64,000 nt of DNA from NCBI GenBank assembly GCA_951406725.2, contig OX597836.1, positions 45,198,001 to 45,262,000 of the forward strand. Direction: 5' to 3'. Positions 1 through 10,540 of the stretch are shown here, piece by piece. The translations under genes were made by a program, and so were the position numbers. Each line of letters begins with the position of its first letter. Position 1 is the first letter of the stretch. The stretch comes from Octopus vulgaris. Lineage: Eukaryota. The notes beneath the pieces were generated by a model, which saw only the letters and a program-made list of their open reading frames with translations, was not told the DNA's origin and made no database searches.

Positions 1-241
1 CGTAAAATGTAAACTGGCAAAATATATTTATCCTAAATGCGATACAAAATAAGTTTGAGTAATAAATCAATGGTTAGGGTTGCAGGCTCTCATGAGAACT
101 TCCCTTCGGCATTCTAAAATACCTATATCGAAAGAATGGCCTTCCTTGATGTCCGTCTGTTAAATATGTGAAGCTTTTTCGAGTGACAATGAAAACAATT
201 TGCCTGTCCCTTTTTTATAACCTTTCTGATAAAGTCCTTAA

Positions 242-445
242 CCCTTCGTTACCAACCCGGCTAAAACCGACTCTGGCTCTGAGGTCTTGTTATAAGTATT
301 GAATTAAAATCTTCTGCCAAACCTTAGTCACAATCTATGTTCCCAACACTAGCTTAATGATGACGAAGTTCTTTTACTAAATTCTTTGTTATATTTAGAA
401 TTATTTGAAAGAAACGGAGCATCTCAAAATAGAGTAACGAAAGGG
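242..445. mobile_element. TTAA-flanked (piggyBac-type) MITE, ~210 bp family
   Basis: TTAA-CCCTT..AAGGG-TTAA. Related copies at 2992-3211, 7903-8114, ~21013-21218 and 49921-50129. A second TTAA family lies at 8356-8576, ~21554-21726 and ~24290-24458, and a third element at 20213-20496. Confidence 0.8.
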
Positions 446-1320
446 TTAAACGATCGCAACATAATTTTCCTGTGCGCACATCCACCCACACACAAACATG
501 TGTGTATATAAAATTATAGTTCCAGTCATTGGGTTGCTGCATGGTAGCACACCACTCTGAAGATTATTAAATTGGACGGAATTCACGGGCCTATTATAGT
601 AGTCGCACGTTGTGACTGTACTAAAAAAACCACATGGTTTCGAAGAGGAGTTTTTAATCACAGCCATACCTGCGCCTTGGGGTCGATGTAATCGACTTAA
701 TCCGTTTGTCTGCCCTTGTTTGTCCCCTCTGTTTAGCCCCTTGTGGGCAATAGAGAAATATATATATGTATGTGTTTGACGATATAGAGTATATGAACTA
801 GGGGCTTTCTTACTCAGTAAAACGTCTGAGCCATTGTATGATTACATGAAATCACAATGGGAGACCGTAGTCCTTGAGAACTTTGCCACTACTGGAACGG
901 CATGGAATTTGTTCGATCAGGGCTGATGTATATCTAACAATTTGTCTATCCTCTGAAGATTTGCAGTACTTAATTATTTGATAAAAGCCAATGTTTTGTA
1001 TAGAAGAGTGATTGGCAGTAAAAATATCCCCAAAATTATTTTAGTTATAAATTATATTATCGTTGTAATAAAATTTGCTTAATATTAATTTACATGAGCA
1101 AGTGATAGTCTTTCCAAAAAATAGTAAATGTTCCCAGAAATGGTTGGAAGTTATAAAAAATGAAATGTCTTGGGTGGAAATGAAGTTATCCTGAAGTGCT
1201 CCATGTAGCAATGTAGGGGAGAGGGTTAATGTGGTACTGGTAGGGGACAAGGAAGAAGCGATCAAAATGTTTTCCAGCAATGTACAATACTTGAGATCCT
1301 GGATCTGTTCTAAAACAATT

Positions 1321-1382
1321 GACTATGATGACACGTGTTGGATGTGATTGTCTGTGAATTCAATCCCTTGGCTGTCTGAGTC
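1321..1382 (+). ncRNA. SNORD53: Box C/D snoRNA, U53/SNORD53-like, copy 1 (presumed intron 1)
   Basis: gac-t-ATGATGA ... TCCCTTGGCTGT-CTGA-gtc. The guide is complementary to conserved LSU rRNA ACAGCCAAGGGA, and the D+5 rule points to the C equivalent to human 28S Cm3848. Human U53 ends CTTGGCTGTCTGA (recalled). Confidence 0.85.
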
Positions 1383-1680
1383 CACTTTATCTCACATTGT
1401 CCCTGTGTTGATAGTGAGGATAAGGGTCCCGTTGACTGTTTTAATCATAATTTGATAATTGCTTTTTTTTTTTTTACTTAGTTCCTGGAAGAATTCAAAC
1501 ATTTTTATTTTTCAATAATGTCCAAGTGTGTGTGTATGGGTTACTTAAGGGCCAGTACTTACATTGTACCTCAGTTGCGGACTTGAGACAATCGTGAGAT
1601 GGATAAACTACTTTTTTAGGCATGGCCTTTTTGAGTTTCAAATCTACCGATGGCTTTATCCCTCGGGGTCGATAATATAG

Positions 1681-1864
1681 GTACTACTTAAGAAGGGTGG
1701 TCCCGGTGCGCGCATCCGAGCTAGCTAGTCGATCCTACAACGACCACCTAGCAAAATAAATAAAATACAAAATGATTTTTACACAAAGTAAGGATCGACT
1801 AGTCACGACTAGCTTGTGCGACTACGCGAGTGTGCGCCCCGGGACCACTCTTCTTAAGTAGTAC
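1681..1864. mobile_element. MITE with ~26-bp terminal inverted repeats
   Basis: GTACTACTTAAGAAGGGTGGTCCCGG ... CCGGGACCACTCTTCTTAAGTAGTAC (1 mismatch), plus an inner IR ctagtcgatcct/aggatcgactag. Inserted at the (G)TA(C) site of a degenerate SINE. Confidence 0.78.
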
Positions 1865-2378
1865 CAATTTGTGCAAGTAGGAAAGGAAACCTCTGAAGTT
1901 CCAAATTGACGGCTTAATTTGCGTTTAACACGCATCCGCATATTTTCTCCCTTTTGCGTCTGGACATCTTCATTTGGCAGGATGACCGAAATGTTCTTCG
2001 TGTAGACCAACAATAAACGATTAAAAGGATTATTGTACAGGGAAGAAACATGGCTTTTGTCAAAGAAAGAACGGTGACGAATTGATTTTCTGTTTCTACA
2101 AAGCTGCAGTATCACTTTTCCATTAATAATGTCACCTCTTGTAATAAGGCCACATGATGAATTCACAATTTCCACAGGTGTATTTGTTCATAATTGACGC
2201 CCTGCCAACCATTGAAGGATGTTGTCTCGTGATTCTGCCAAGTGACTGATGATATTCCACAATCCATCTAATATTGCTTTACGACGATTTCAACTAGACT
2301 TTATTATGCAGATTGAGTGTTCAATTTTATTTCTGTGGTAAAGAAATTGAGAGGTGGGCTCATGACTTCAGAAAACGT

Positions 2379-2449
2379 TCGGGCAATGATGGAATTAAGA
2401 ATATTTGCTATATGAATACTAATGATTACAAATATTTTGCTGAGCCTGA
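2379..2449 (+). ncRNA. SNORD24: Box C/D snoRNA, U24/SNORD24-like, D'-guide type, copy 1
   Basis: tcgggc stem, C box ATGATGG, guide AAGAATATTTGCTAT + D' ATGA, C' ATGATTA, D CTGA, gcctga stem. The guide matches the recalled U24 5' element and pairs LSU UAGCAAAUAUUC (human Cm2352 equivalent). Confidence 0.82.
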
Positions 2450-2798
2450 CAAAACTTCAAACTTTTCCAGGTTACAAGGGTTTACAGTGCCATTTTGAGC
2501 GATTTCCAAAATGATCACAGAACCAAAGTAAAAGTATCAAAGAACATATTTGGGTTGTGTCCCTTCATTTTCATTTTTTTTTTTACACTTGTGTAAACTG
2601 AACAATTAACAATATATAGACAGAGGGAGGGAGTTTAGATTTAGACAAGATTTATTGTAGATTGGTGGGGTTAGTATGTACAGCAGACCAAATGCAGTTG
2701 TCAAGCACATTAAGGTTTTTGTTTTTCTGTTGAAATACGGAATTTTATGATTAAATTTTCAATTGGAAATCACATTTCCTCATTTGCGTCTCCTGCAG

Positions 2799-2916
2799 CC
2801 TAAATTCAAGAAAGGAAAAAAGAAGTTGCCACCAGTTCCTACTGTTGCTAGGAAGGTGGAACCAAAGAAAGTGGTCAACCCCCTGTTTGAGAAAAGACCA
2901 AAGAACTTTGGTATTG
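2799..2916 (+). CDS. RPL7A: 60S ribosomal protein L7a (eL8), first coding exon in window (exon 2; ATG exon presumed upstream)
   Basis: ctcctgcAG acceptor and GTGAGT donor. Translates [40 protein letters not shown], containing the eL8 motif [14 protein letters not shown]. Begins in phase 0 at Pro, consistent with an ATG-only exon 1. Length 118 nt. Confidence 0.96.
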
Positions 2917-3722
2917 GTGAGTAAATTCAAAATTTCTCTCTTCATTTTATAATAAAGTCTAGTGTTAGCAGTATTTTATGGAAGAACTTAACCCTTTTGT
3001 TACTGTATTTATTTTGAGATGCTCTGTGTTTCTTTCAATTACTTTAAATATAACAAAGAATTTAGTAAGATAACTTATTTATCATTTAGCTACTGTTAGG
3101 AACATAAATTGTGACTAAGGTTTGGTGGAAGATTTTAATTCCAAACTTCTGAAAACAAGATATTTGTACTCAGAGCCAGAGCCGGTTTCAGTCGGGCTGG
3201 TAACAAAAGGGTTGACCCTTTTGAAACTTTATGGTGATTTCTCCAAGTCAGATTTTCTGAGGAGTTTCATTGGATTCTATTTCTGGAATATCCAGTCAAA
3301 AGCCAGTGATTAATAGACCTGGACGGTTCTATTATTTAGCCAATGATCAATTCTAATCAAGCAGGCATGACCTAAAGTGTTTTGTCTTTCATTATCCAGT
3401 AAGTCCTTTCAATTATAAAATTGTAAAACTGATTTGCGGAAAATTGAACTAGTGGATTGAATTACCATTTAAAAACAGCAATGATTCTTTCTTCCACTTT
3501 TTCATTTCCTTCGTTTTCTATTCTAATATGATATTATGGTAAGATTTTCCAGGAATATTAGATTATAAATACACATAGCTTAGATTTTTTATACACCTTT
3601 TGTATTATATTTTGTAATTTATTATTGACTTGTTTAGTTCCTCACCATTATGCAGATTGAGTGTTCAATTTTATTTCTGTGGTAAAGAAATTGTGAGGTG
3701 GGCTCATGACTTCAGAAAATGT

Positions 3723-3793
3723 TCGGGCAATGATGGAATTAAGAATATTTGCTATATGAATATTGCTGATTACAAATATCTTGCTGAGCCTGA
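3723..3793 (+). ncRNA. SNORD24: Box C/D snoRNA, U24/SNORD24-like, D'-guide type, copy 2
   Basis: Near-identical to 2379-2449 within a ~190-bp duplication (about 2306-2492 vs 3646-3835). Guide, C, D' and D boxes intact. Confidence 0.82.
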
Positions 3794-4349
3794 CAAAACT
3801 TCAAACTTTTCCAGGTTACAAGGGTTTACAGTGCCCTGTTGACTGAAGTAAATTGTGGTCTTAATAGAGAAGTATTATTAAAAGCAAACGGTTATTTTAA
3901 ATAAAAAAATTGCTGCTTTTTAAAGAATATTTTAAACTGACCTCCAGATGAGATTTGTAGAAATAAAAGATGAGGTTTTTTTAAAAGTTTTCTCTATTTG
4001 AGAATAATTTTAAGAAAAAGGTGTTGACGTAACCTGAATAGAAAATAGGTTTTTGGAAGTATGGTTTCGAGTTTGATGTTACTGTGGACCTGTTTTATCT
4101 CCGCTTCAGATTAATCTGTTGAGGCTGTAAAACCGTGCAGCAGTTTGCTTCCTTTTACAAAAGAAAGACTAAAATTTAGTAATTCTCCTTCCATGTTGGT
4201 GCCCTGGCATGGCTGTAATTCAGTTGAAAAGAGTAAGAGGAACTGGTCAGGAAAACCACCACCTCTATTTGTGGGTTTCAAGATGAAAAACGTTAACCAA
4301 GATTATATTACTGCAAGAGAGAATATTTTAAAACATACAGTTTAAAACA

Positions 4350-4736
4350 GGCGCAGTAGTGGCTGTGTGGTAAGTAGCTTGTTTACCAACCACATGGTTC
4401 CAGGTTCAGTCCCACTGCGTGGCACCTTGGGCAAGTGTCTTCTACTATAGCCTCGGGCTGACCAAAGCCTTGTGAGTGGATTTGGTAGATGGAAACAGAA
4501 AGAAGCCCGTCGTATATATATATATATATATATGCGTGTCTGTGTTTGTCCCCTCCCAACATCGCTTGACAGCCGATGCTGGTGTGTTTACGTCCCTGTT
4601 ACTTAGCGGTTCGGCAAAAGAGACCGATAGAATAAGTACTGGGCTTACAAAAGAATAAGTCCCGGGGTCGAGTTGCTCGATTAAAGGCGGTGCTCCAGCA
4701 TGGCTGCAGTCAAATGACTGAAACAACTAAAGAGTA
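4350..4736 (+). mobile_element. tRNA-derived SINE family A with internal (TA)n
   Basis: Head GGCGCAG.AGTGGCTGTGTGGTAAG...GGTTCAGTCCC with A/B-box-like motifs. Other copies: ~9556-9902(-), 17560-17755(-, partial), 25243-25620(+), 28283-28669(-), 31474-31875(+), 36000-36403(-), 38814-39255(+), 54764-55245(+), 62535-62975(-). Confidence 0.88.
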
Positions 4737-5544
4737 AACAGTTGATGATGCCTGTAAAGCCAACTGGTGGAAGCACTAGACATGTTTCACTCCTATTAAA
4801 TCTCCTGTGTGTGATATATATGAACAGTCATACTGTAGCAGAATATTAATTCATTTTAAATGTAAATGGTTCATGAATATGTAAAATGTCTAAATAAATT
4901 CTAAGTTATAGAAATTAAATTATGATGGTTAACTCACTCTGGGTATATAAAATTACATACGAGTGAGGTTAGTTTTATTTCACAATTTATGTAAACTGGA
5001 CTTTTTTAAAAGAAAATATTTTATAATGGACAACCTAGTTCAGATCTAGCTGTAATATTGTGAATATTATACTACTGATGCATTATAGGGCAAGTCAACC
5101 CTGTGTCCATTGAGATAGTGGGAGATGATTAAAATGTGAAATGTCTTATCAAAGTTAATATGATTTAAGGCATTTAGTATAATAAAAATTACAATTGGTA
5201 CTTATCTGTCAGCTTAAAAAGAATGCATTTTATGGAATTCTGTTTCAATTAAAAAATTATTTTAGTTATAAATTACATTATCGTTGTCATAAAACTTCCC
5301 TCATATTAATTTACATGAGCAAGTGATTGTCTTTCCAAAAAATAGTAAATATTCTCAGAAATGGTTGGAAGTTATAAAAAATGAAATGTCTTGGGTGGAA
5401 ATGAAGTTGTCCTGAAGTGCTCCATGTAGTAATGTAGAGGAGAGGGTTAATGTGGTACTGGTAGGGGACATGGAAGAAGCGATCAAAATGTTTTCCAGCA
5501 ATGTACAATACTTGAGATCCTTGATCTGTTCTAAACAAGCAATT

Positions 5545-5606
5545 GACTATGATGACACTTGTTGGATGTGATTGTCTGTGAAATCTATCCCTTGGCTGTC
5601 TGAGTC
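5545..5606 (+). ncRNA. SNORD53: Box C/D snoRNA, U53/SNORD53-like, copy 2
   Basis: Same boxes and guide as copy 1. Lies in a ~385-bp duplicated block (about 1083-1465 vs 5302-5689). Confidence 0.85.
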
Positions 5607-6281
5607 CACTTTAATCTCACTTGGTCCCTGTGTTGATAGTGAGGGTTAGGGTCTGTTGACTGTCTTAATCATAATTTGATAATTGCTTTGCTACTAGCTA
5701 GTTAGCATTTGGGTTGCACTGGGTAAATGACTGGTATAGCTCTAGTGATACTGTTGACATAAATGTGTATATAGGGAGGGTTTACAAAAAAACAAAAGAC
5801 GAAGACAGGTGGTGTACATTAGTATAACATTCAGGAATAGAAAAAGTCTTTTACGTTTTGAGCCTACGCTCTTCTACAGAAAGGGACACAGAAAACAAGG
5901 TGAGAAAAAATGTGTATAGCCTGTTATTTTTATACACTAGTATTGGGAACGTTAGCTTTTAAGAACAAATATACTGAAAATAGTAAGCTCTAGCATTTTT
6001 GGTACCTTTCATAGGAAGAGTGCTCTACATATGGACCATCATTTTCTGTATCAGTGGTCATTTCAATATGTTTGTGTATGTATATATATGCACATCTCTG
6101 TTCACTTACTAGTAACAGTATAAAATAATGATTAAAATGATTTGCCATTTGAGTCTTATATAAAACGTTTACTTTTTTTTTTTTTTTTTTTTTTTTGTAA
6201 CTGATATTTTCTGAGAAATGTGAGAAGGAATTATTTAGTGAATCTAAAGGATCACAATAATTACAAGGCATATAATTTCTC

Positions 6282-6347
6282 AGCTATGAGGTTTACCTTG
6301 CCCTCTCTGACATTGATGAGACATTTTTTTATACGCATTTCTGAGCT
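6282..6347 (+). ncRNA. SNORD103: Box C/D snoRNA, U103/SNORD103-like, copy 1
   Basis: agc stem, variant C box ATGAGGT, guide CTTGCCCTCT + D' CTGA, C' TTGATGA, D CTGA-gct. The guide pairs SSU GGAGGGCAAG and D'+5 falls on the human 18S Gm601 equivalent. Long external stem gcatat...atatgc. Confidence 0.78.
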
Positions 6348-7003
6348 TTGAAAGAATATGCTTTTGTATTATGTGTGAGACCCAATTTTATTGTTGAAGC
6401 ACTTTTACATATATAATAGAGATGGGGATGTTGAAACAATGTTATATGACTATGAATATCTAATAAATATATACATGTATTTATATATTATACACAAACA
6501 CATTACAGAGGGATAAGAATTGGACTAAAATTACTCTTGAAAGTGTAGCTGATAGGTTCAGATGTCTTTTCAGACAATGACTGAATGGCAATAGTTGACA
6601 TCCTTGCTTCAGGGATCTGATGTTTAAACTGGTTACGTCTTGGTAGTTGTTTTCTATCCCTAAACAATATTTAGGGTTTAGATAATAACAAGGACTGACA
6701 CTTAAACAATTGGGAAATTGATGAAAAGCTTAGAGGAATGAGTGAGCATGGCTGGAAAGTAGGTGCTAGGATAGGAGTATGTCATGTAGAAGATGCCAAT
6801 ATTGGTCAAAGGCAGGTGAGATTAACCTGATATGTTAAACCTTGATTAGATATGGAATACAATGGATGAGTGGGATTCCTTAACACTAGAACTTGGTTTG
6901 TTATTGGACCTCATCAGCCAAACTGGTGCATTTAAAGTGACATGTTTACTAGAGAAGCCTTTCTGTTGGACTAAGGATGACAATTTCATTTAATTTTTTA
7001 GAT

Positions 7004-7135
7004 TGGAAGAGAGCTGCACACTTGTACCCCATGGTACATTTGTACGAAATCTCTTCCTACATTAACTTTGACAGTTGTAGGACACTGGTCATGATTATTT
7101 TGTGAATGAACTGGTGATATATGTCTGTTACATTA
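7004..7135 (+). ncRNA. Box H/ACA snoRNA, target not identified, copy 1
   Basis: Hairpin ggaagaga...tctcttcc, H box ACATTA (7059-7064), second hairpin gacag..cactgg/ctggtg..ctgtt, ACA at 7130-7132 plus 3 nt. Length 132 nt. Similarity to copy 2 is confined almost exactly to this span. Confidence 0.75.
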
Positions 7136-7337
7136 TTTTCTGTTAGATGCCTATTCGGCTTTAATATAGCATTTGGCATGGCCTGTCCCATTAGGAAGAG
7201 ACCAAGAGAATAAATATATCTGGGAAGATTTGTCTACCATCCAAAACAAAAGATGATCCCATTAGCATTTAGGCCAGCCATATCCAGCCCAAATATTCTA
7301 CCTGTTTCATGTTCAAACAAGTTAGATCTCATCTCAT

Positions 7338-7400
7338 ACCTGCCCTCTCTGGCATTGATGAGACATTTTTTTAATACACATTTCTGAGCTTTGAATGAAT
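7338..7400 (+). pseudogene. 5'-truncated U103-like snoRNA pseudogene
   Basis: Retains TGCCCTCT, C' TTGATGA and D CTGA-gct. D' is mutated to CTGG, and the C box and 5' stem are replaced by a MITE fragment (about 7258-7340, related to the reverse complement of the 8356-8576 MITE end). Confidence 0.7.
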
Positions 7401-8136
7401 ATACCTCTGTAAATTCTTGTTCTTAGTTAAGGCTTATGTAACTAGTTTTAACTAAAATACACTTCCCATGTGTAAATTCTGAAAAGTAGACTTTTGACAA
7501 AATAGGCATAATTTCATATGGAAATTGTGCTTCTATTATGAAGTTCAAGATGTAACGGTTTTATTTGTGTGCAATCTGTAGATAGAACACTAATATTATA
7601 TATGAGGTGTGTATATAGCTCATTGTATATCTGTGTTTGTCTCTTTGACATTGTGTGGTAGTTGCCATCATACTGGCTGCCATTTCCAATATATTTCATG
7701 AGGATATCTTGCCATGGAGAAATACTACCTTGCTTGGAATCAGGAAGGGCATTCAGCCATAAGAAGTATCCCTCAGTAAAGTCTGCCTGACCCTTGCAAG
7801 TATGAGAAAGTGGACGTTAAAATGTGTGGAATTTTTGGATTTAACAAGGACCTGAACATTATTGTGTAATATGTTCAGAAAATTGACAGGGTTTGTCTTT
7901 AACCCTTTTGATACTAACCCGGCCAAAACCGGCTCTGTGGTAAAATGTCTTGTTTTCATGTTTTGAATTAAAATCTTCCACCAAGCCTTAGTCACAATTT
8001 ACGTTCCTAACACTAGATTAATGATAACTAAGTTATTTTACTAAATTCTTTGTTATATTTAAAGTAATTGAAAGAAACACAGAGCATCTCAAAATAAATA
8101 CAGTAACGAATGGGTTAAAAAAAAAAGACAGTTTAT

Positions 8137-8268
8137 TGGAAGAGAGCTGCACACTTGTACCCCATGGTACATTTGTACGAAATCTCTTCCTATATTAACT
8201 GTGACAGTTGTAGGACACTGGTCATGATTATCTAGTGAATGAACTGGTGATATATGTCTGTCACATTA
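8137..8268 (+). ncRNA. Box H/ACA snoRNA, target not identified, copy 2
   Basis: Paralog of 7004-7135. H box ATATTA, ACA at 8263-8265. Substitutions preserve ANANNA and the basal stem (G-U to G-C). Confidence 0.75.
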
Positions 8269-9255
8269 TTTTCTATTAGATCAATGGATATTCAAAGAAT
8301 TTATTAGAATTTTTAGGTAAATTTTGGACCTACCATTTTGGTATTAACACTTTAACCCTTTAGCATTCAGATTATTCTCTCAAATGTGATGTTTGTTTAT
8401 TTATATTGTTTTGAATTAATCATGTATTATCTTGTAGTGTAGAGATTTCAGTGATGTGGTTTTTTTAGTTTTAGAATGACATGATAGGGCTGAGGTGAGA
8501 GGCGAAATCTGGTCAGTTTCAATATAAAGCAGGTTAAATATTCTGGCTGGACGTGGCCGGTTTGAATGCTAAAGGGTTAATATATTTTGGTACTGAAGAT
8601 AGGGTTTTGCCCAAGGATGACAGCTGGTGAAGTAATAATGATGAAACCTGGTTAGGAAAAATTAGTGGTTAATGAATTTCATTCTCTTGACAAAGGAAGC
8701 ATAGAGGATTGTGATTTTGAATTTTGGTATTGGTACTGTGAACAAAACAACTGATGTAAAGGGAGCTAAAAGATAAATAATTTAGAAACTACTGTTAGAT
8801 GAATAACTGGGCTGTTTCAATTACAGAAAGATAAGGTTTTATGAAACTAGTCTGAAGGACTAGTTTAAGGCCTGTCGATGGTATATTTTAAAGTATTCTA
8901 TTGATTTTAGTCTACTATTGTCATAGGAAGGGGGATAACTATAGTTTAACCATATTTTCAAATAACTTCTCATGCTTTCTGTAATAATTTTGTTTCTCAT
9001 CCCTCTGTTGTATGCTTATTTCTCTGGGTGCCAAATGGATGGCTTCAAAATGACTGCACCAAATCGTCCATTTGGTATTTCATTGTACCTTGTGATATAA
9101 TGGAATCTCTTGAACTATCAGACTGGAGTAAATTTGTTTTCTTTTCCAACATTTATGAATCTGACATGGTTTAATATTTCTAAGATTTTGGCGTTTTCCA
9201 TGATATTCTATACAGGTAATGCTTTAGATGGCTTTTGCAAAGCATATAATTTCTC

Positions 9256-9321
9256 AGCTATGAGGTTAACCTTGCCCTCTCTGACATTGATGAGACATTT
9301 TTTTATACGCATTTCTGAGCT
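9256..9321 (+). ncRNA. SNORD103: Box C/D snoRNA, U103/SNORD103-like, copy 2
   Basis: Nearly identical to 6282-6347, including the external stem aaagcatat...atatgcttt. Confidence 0.78.
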
Positions 9322-9956
9322 TTGAAAGAATATGCTTTTGTAGTTTCTTTGTGGAGCTTAATTATAATTAGATCTTTTGTTTCAATATAACTAGAATACA
9401 TTTTGAAAATAAAAGTTCCTTTCATAAATTTATAAAATTTCAAATCTAATCATAGGTAAGTTATTTCAATTTTGTGATATCATCTAACATGATAATATAC
9501 TGTATACTGAGAGAGAAGGAAGTGGGTGTGTGTGGTGAAAGCAGTATACTCTTTTTACCCTCTTGTTTCAGTCATTTGACTGGCCGTGCTGGAGCACCAC
9601 CTTTTAGTCTAGCAAATCGACTTATTCTTTGTGAGCCGAGTACTTATTCTATCGGTCTATTTTGCCGAACCGCTAAGTTACGGGGACGTAAACACACCAG
9701 TATCAGTTGTCAAGTGATGTTGGGGGCACACATATATACGACGGGCTTCTTTCAGTTTCCGTCTACCAAATCCACTCACAAGGCTTTGGTCGGCCCGAGG
9801 CTATAGTAGAAGACACTTGCCCAAGGTGCCACACAGTGTGACTGAACCCGGAACCATGTGGTTGGTAAGCAAGCTACTTACCACACAGCCACTCCTACGC
9901 CTAGTATACTAGATTTTTAGTTACTATTTCAAGGTTTCTGTGATTTCCATATAAAT

Positions 9957-10025
9957 TAACGGTGATGACAATAGTTATTGGTATTGAGTATTCTGTGAAA
10001 TTATACCCCTTGGCTGTCTGAGTTA
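9957..10025 (+). ncRNA. SNORD53: Box C/D snoRNA, U53/SNORD53-like, divergent copy 3
   Basis: taac-g-GTGATGA ... CCCTTGGCTGT-CTGA-gtta. The interior and stem differ from copies 1 and 2, but boxes, guide and stem complementarity are retained. Confidence 0.87.
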
Positions 10026-10339
10026 CTTGGAAATATGGCAGAACAAATATTAGTGAAAATCATATGAACTGAATTAGGTCTGTATATGTATTTTTTATTA
10101 CTATATAGTATTAGGTTTGACTTGCAGCTGAAAATTTTAAGGTTCTCTTGTTTGATGAATATAAATTATAGAGATATTAACTCGCAAGTAGCCTCTTATA
10201 ATTTCTCTAACTGAATCTTGCTAGCTGTGTAGTAAAATGCTGCATTTTATTAATTAGGAGCCCTAGTTCAGTAATAGTCCATTATATAGTTGCTTTGATA
10301 TGATTTGTTATGAAGTTATTTTTTTTGTATAATTTATCC

Positions 10340-10467
10340 TCACTGTTTTTGAACCTCTGCATTGTATGGTTTGTGCTGAGGCCAAGCAACAGTGAAATAA
10401 GAATACCAGTTCTGTAAACTCGGCATCCTCACTGATAGGGTTGTTGATTTGGTAACTGTTCACATGA
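10340..10467 (+). ncRNA. SNORA50: Box H/ACA snoRNA, ACA50/SNORA50-like
   Basis: 5' hairpin CACTGtttTTGAACCT...GGCCAAGCAACAGTG matches the recalled human ACA50. Pocket TTTGA/CAAGC brackets SSU GCUUG-U-C-UCAAA (human 18S Psi34). H box ATAAGA, ACA at 10462-10464. The 3' pocket AACT/TTTGG, 14 nt from ACA, is compatible with Psi105. Ends about 73 nt upstream of the exon 3 acceptor. Confidence 0.88.
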
Positions 10468-10540
10468 TTGATCTCTTGTTTATAAAAATATTTGGTTACA
10501 AATCAAACATGGCTAAATTTCATTGTGTATTTTTTTCCAG

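Noticed and set aside
1091-1207. Possible C/D RNA (tacatgagca...GTGAT...CTGA...tgctccatgta), also at 5312-5428
   Set aside because: The C box lacks the terminal GA, stem spacing after D is non-canonical and no guide was recognised. Its duplication is explained by co-copying with the U53 block.
1940-1995. Pyrimidine tract plus ATG as RPL7A exon 1 (5' TOP)
   Set aside because: Neither ATG gives a convincing ATG|GT donor, and a snoRNA copy lies upstream. Exon 1 is more likely outside the window.
8636-8755. Isolated ATGATGA motifs (8637, 11753, 17959, 18215)
   Set aside because: No suitably spaced CTGA with a terminal stem or rRNA-complementary guide.
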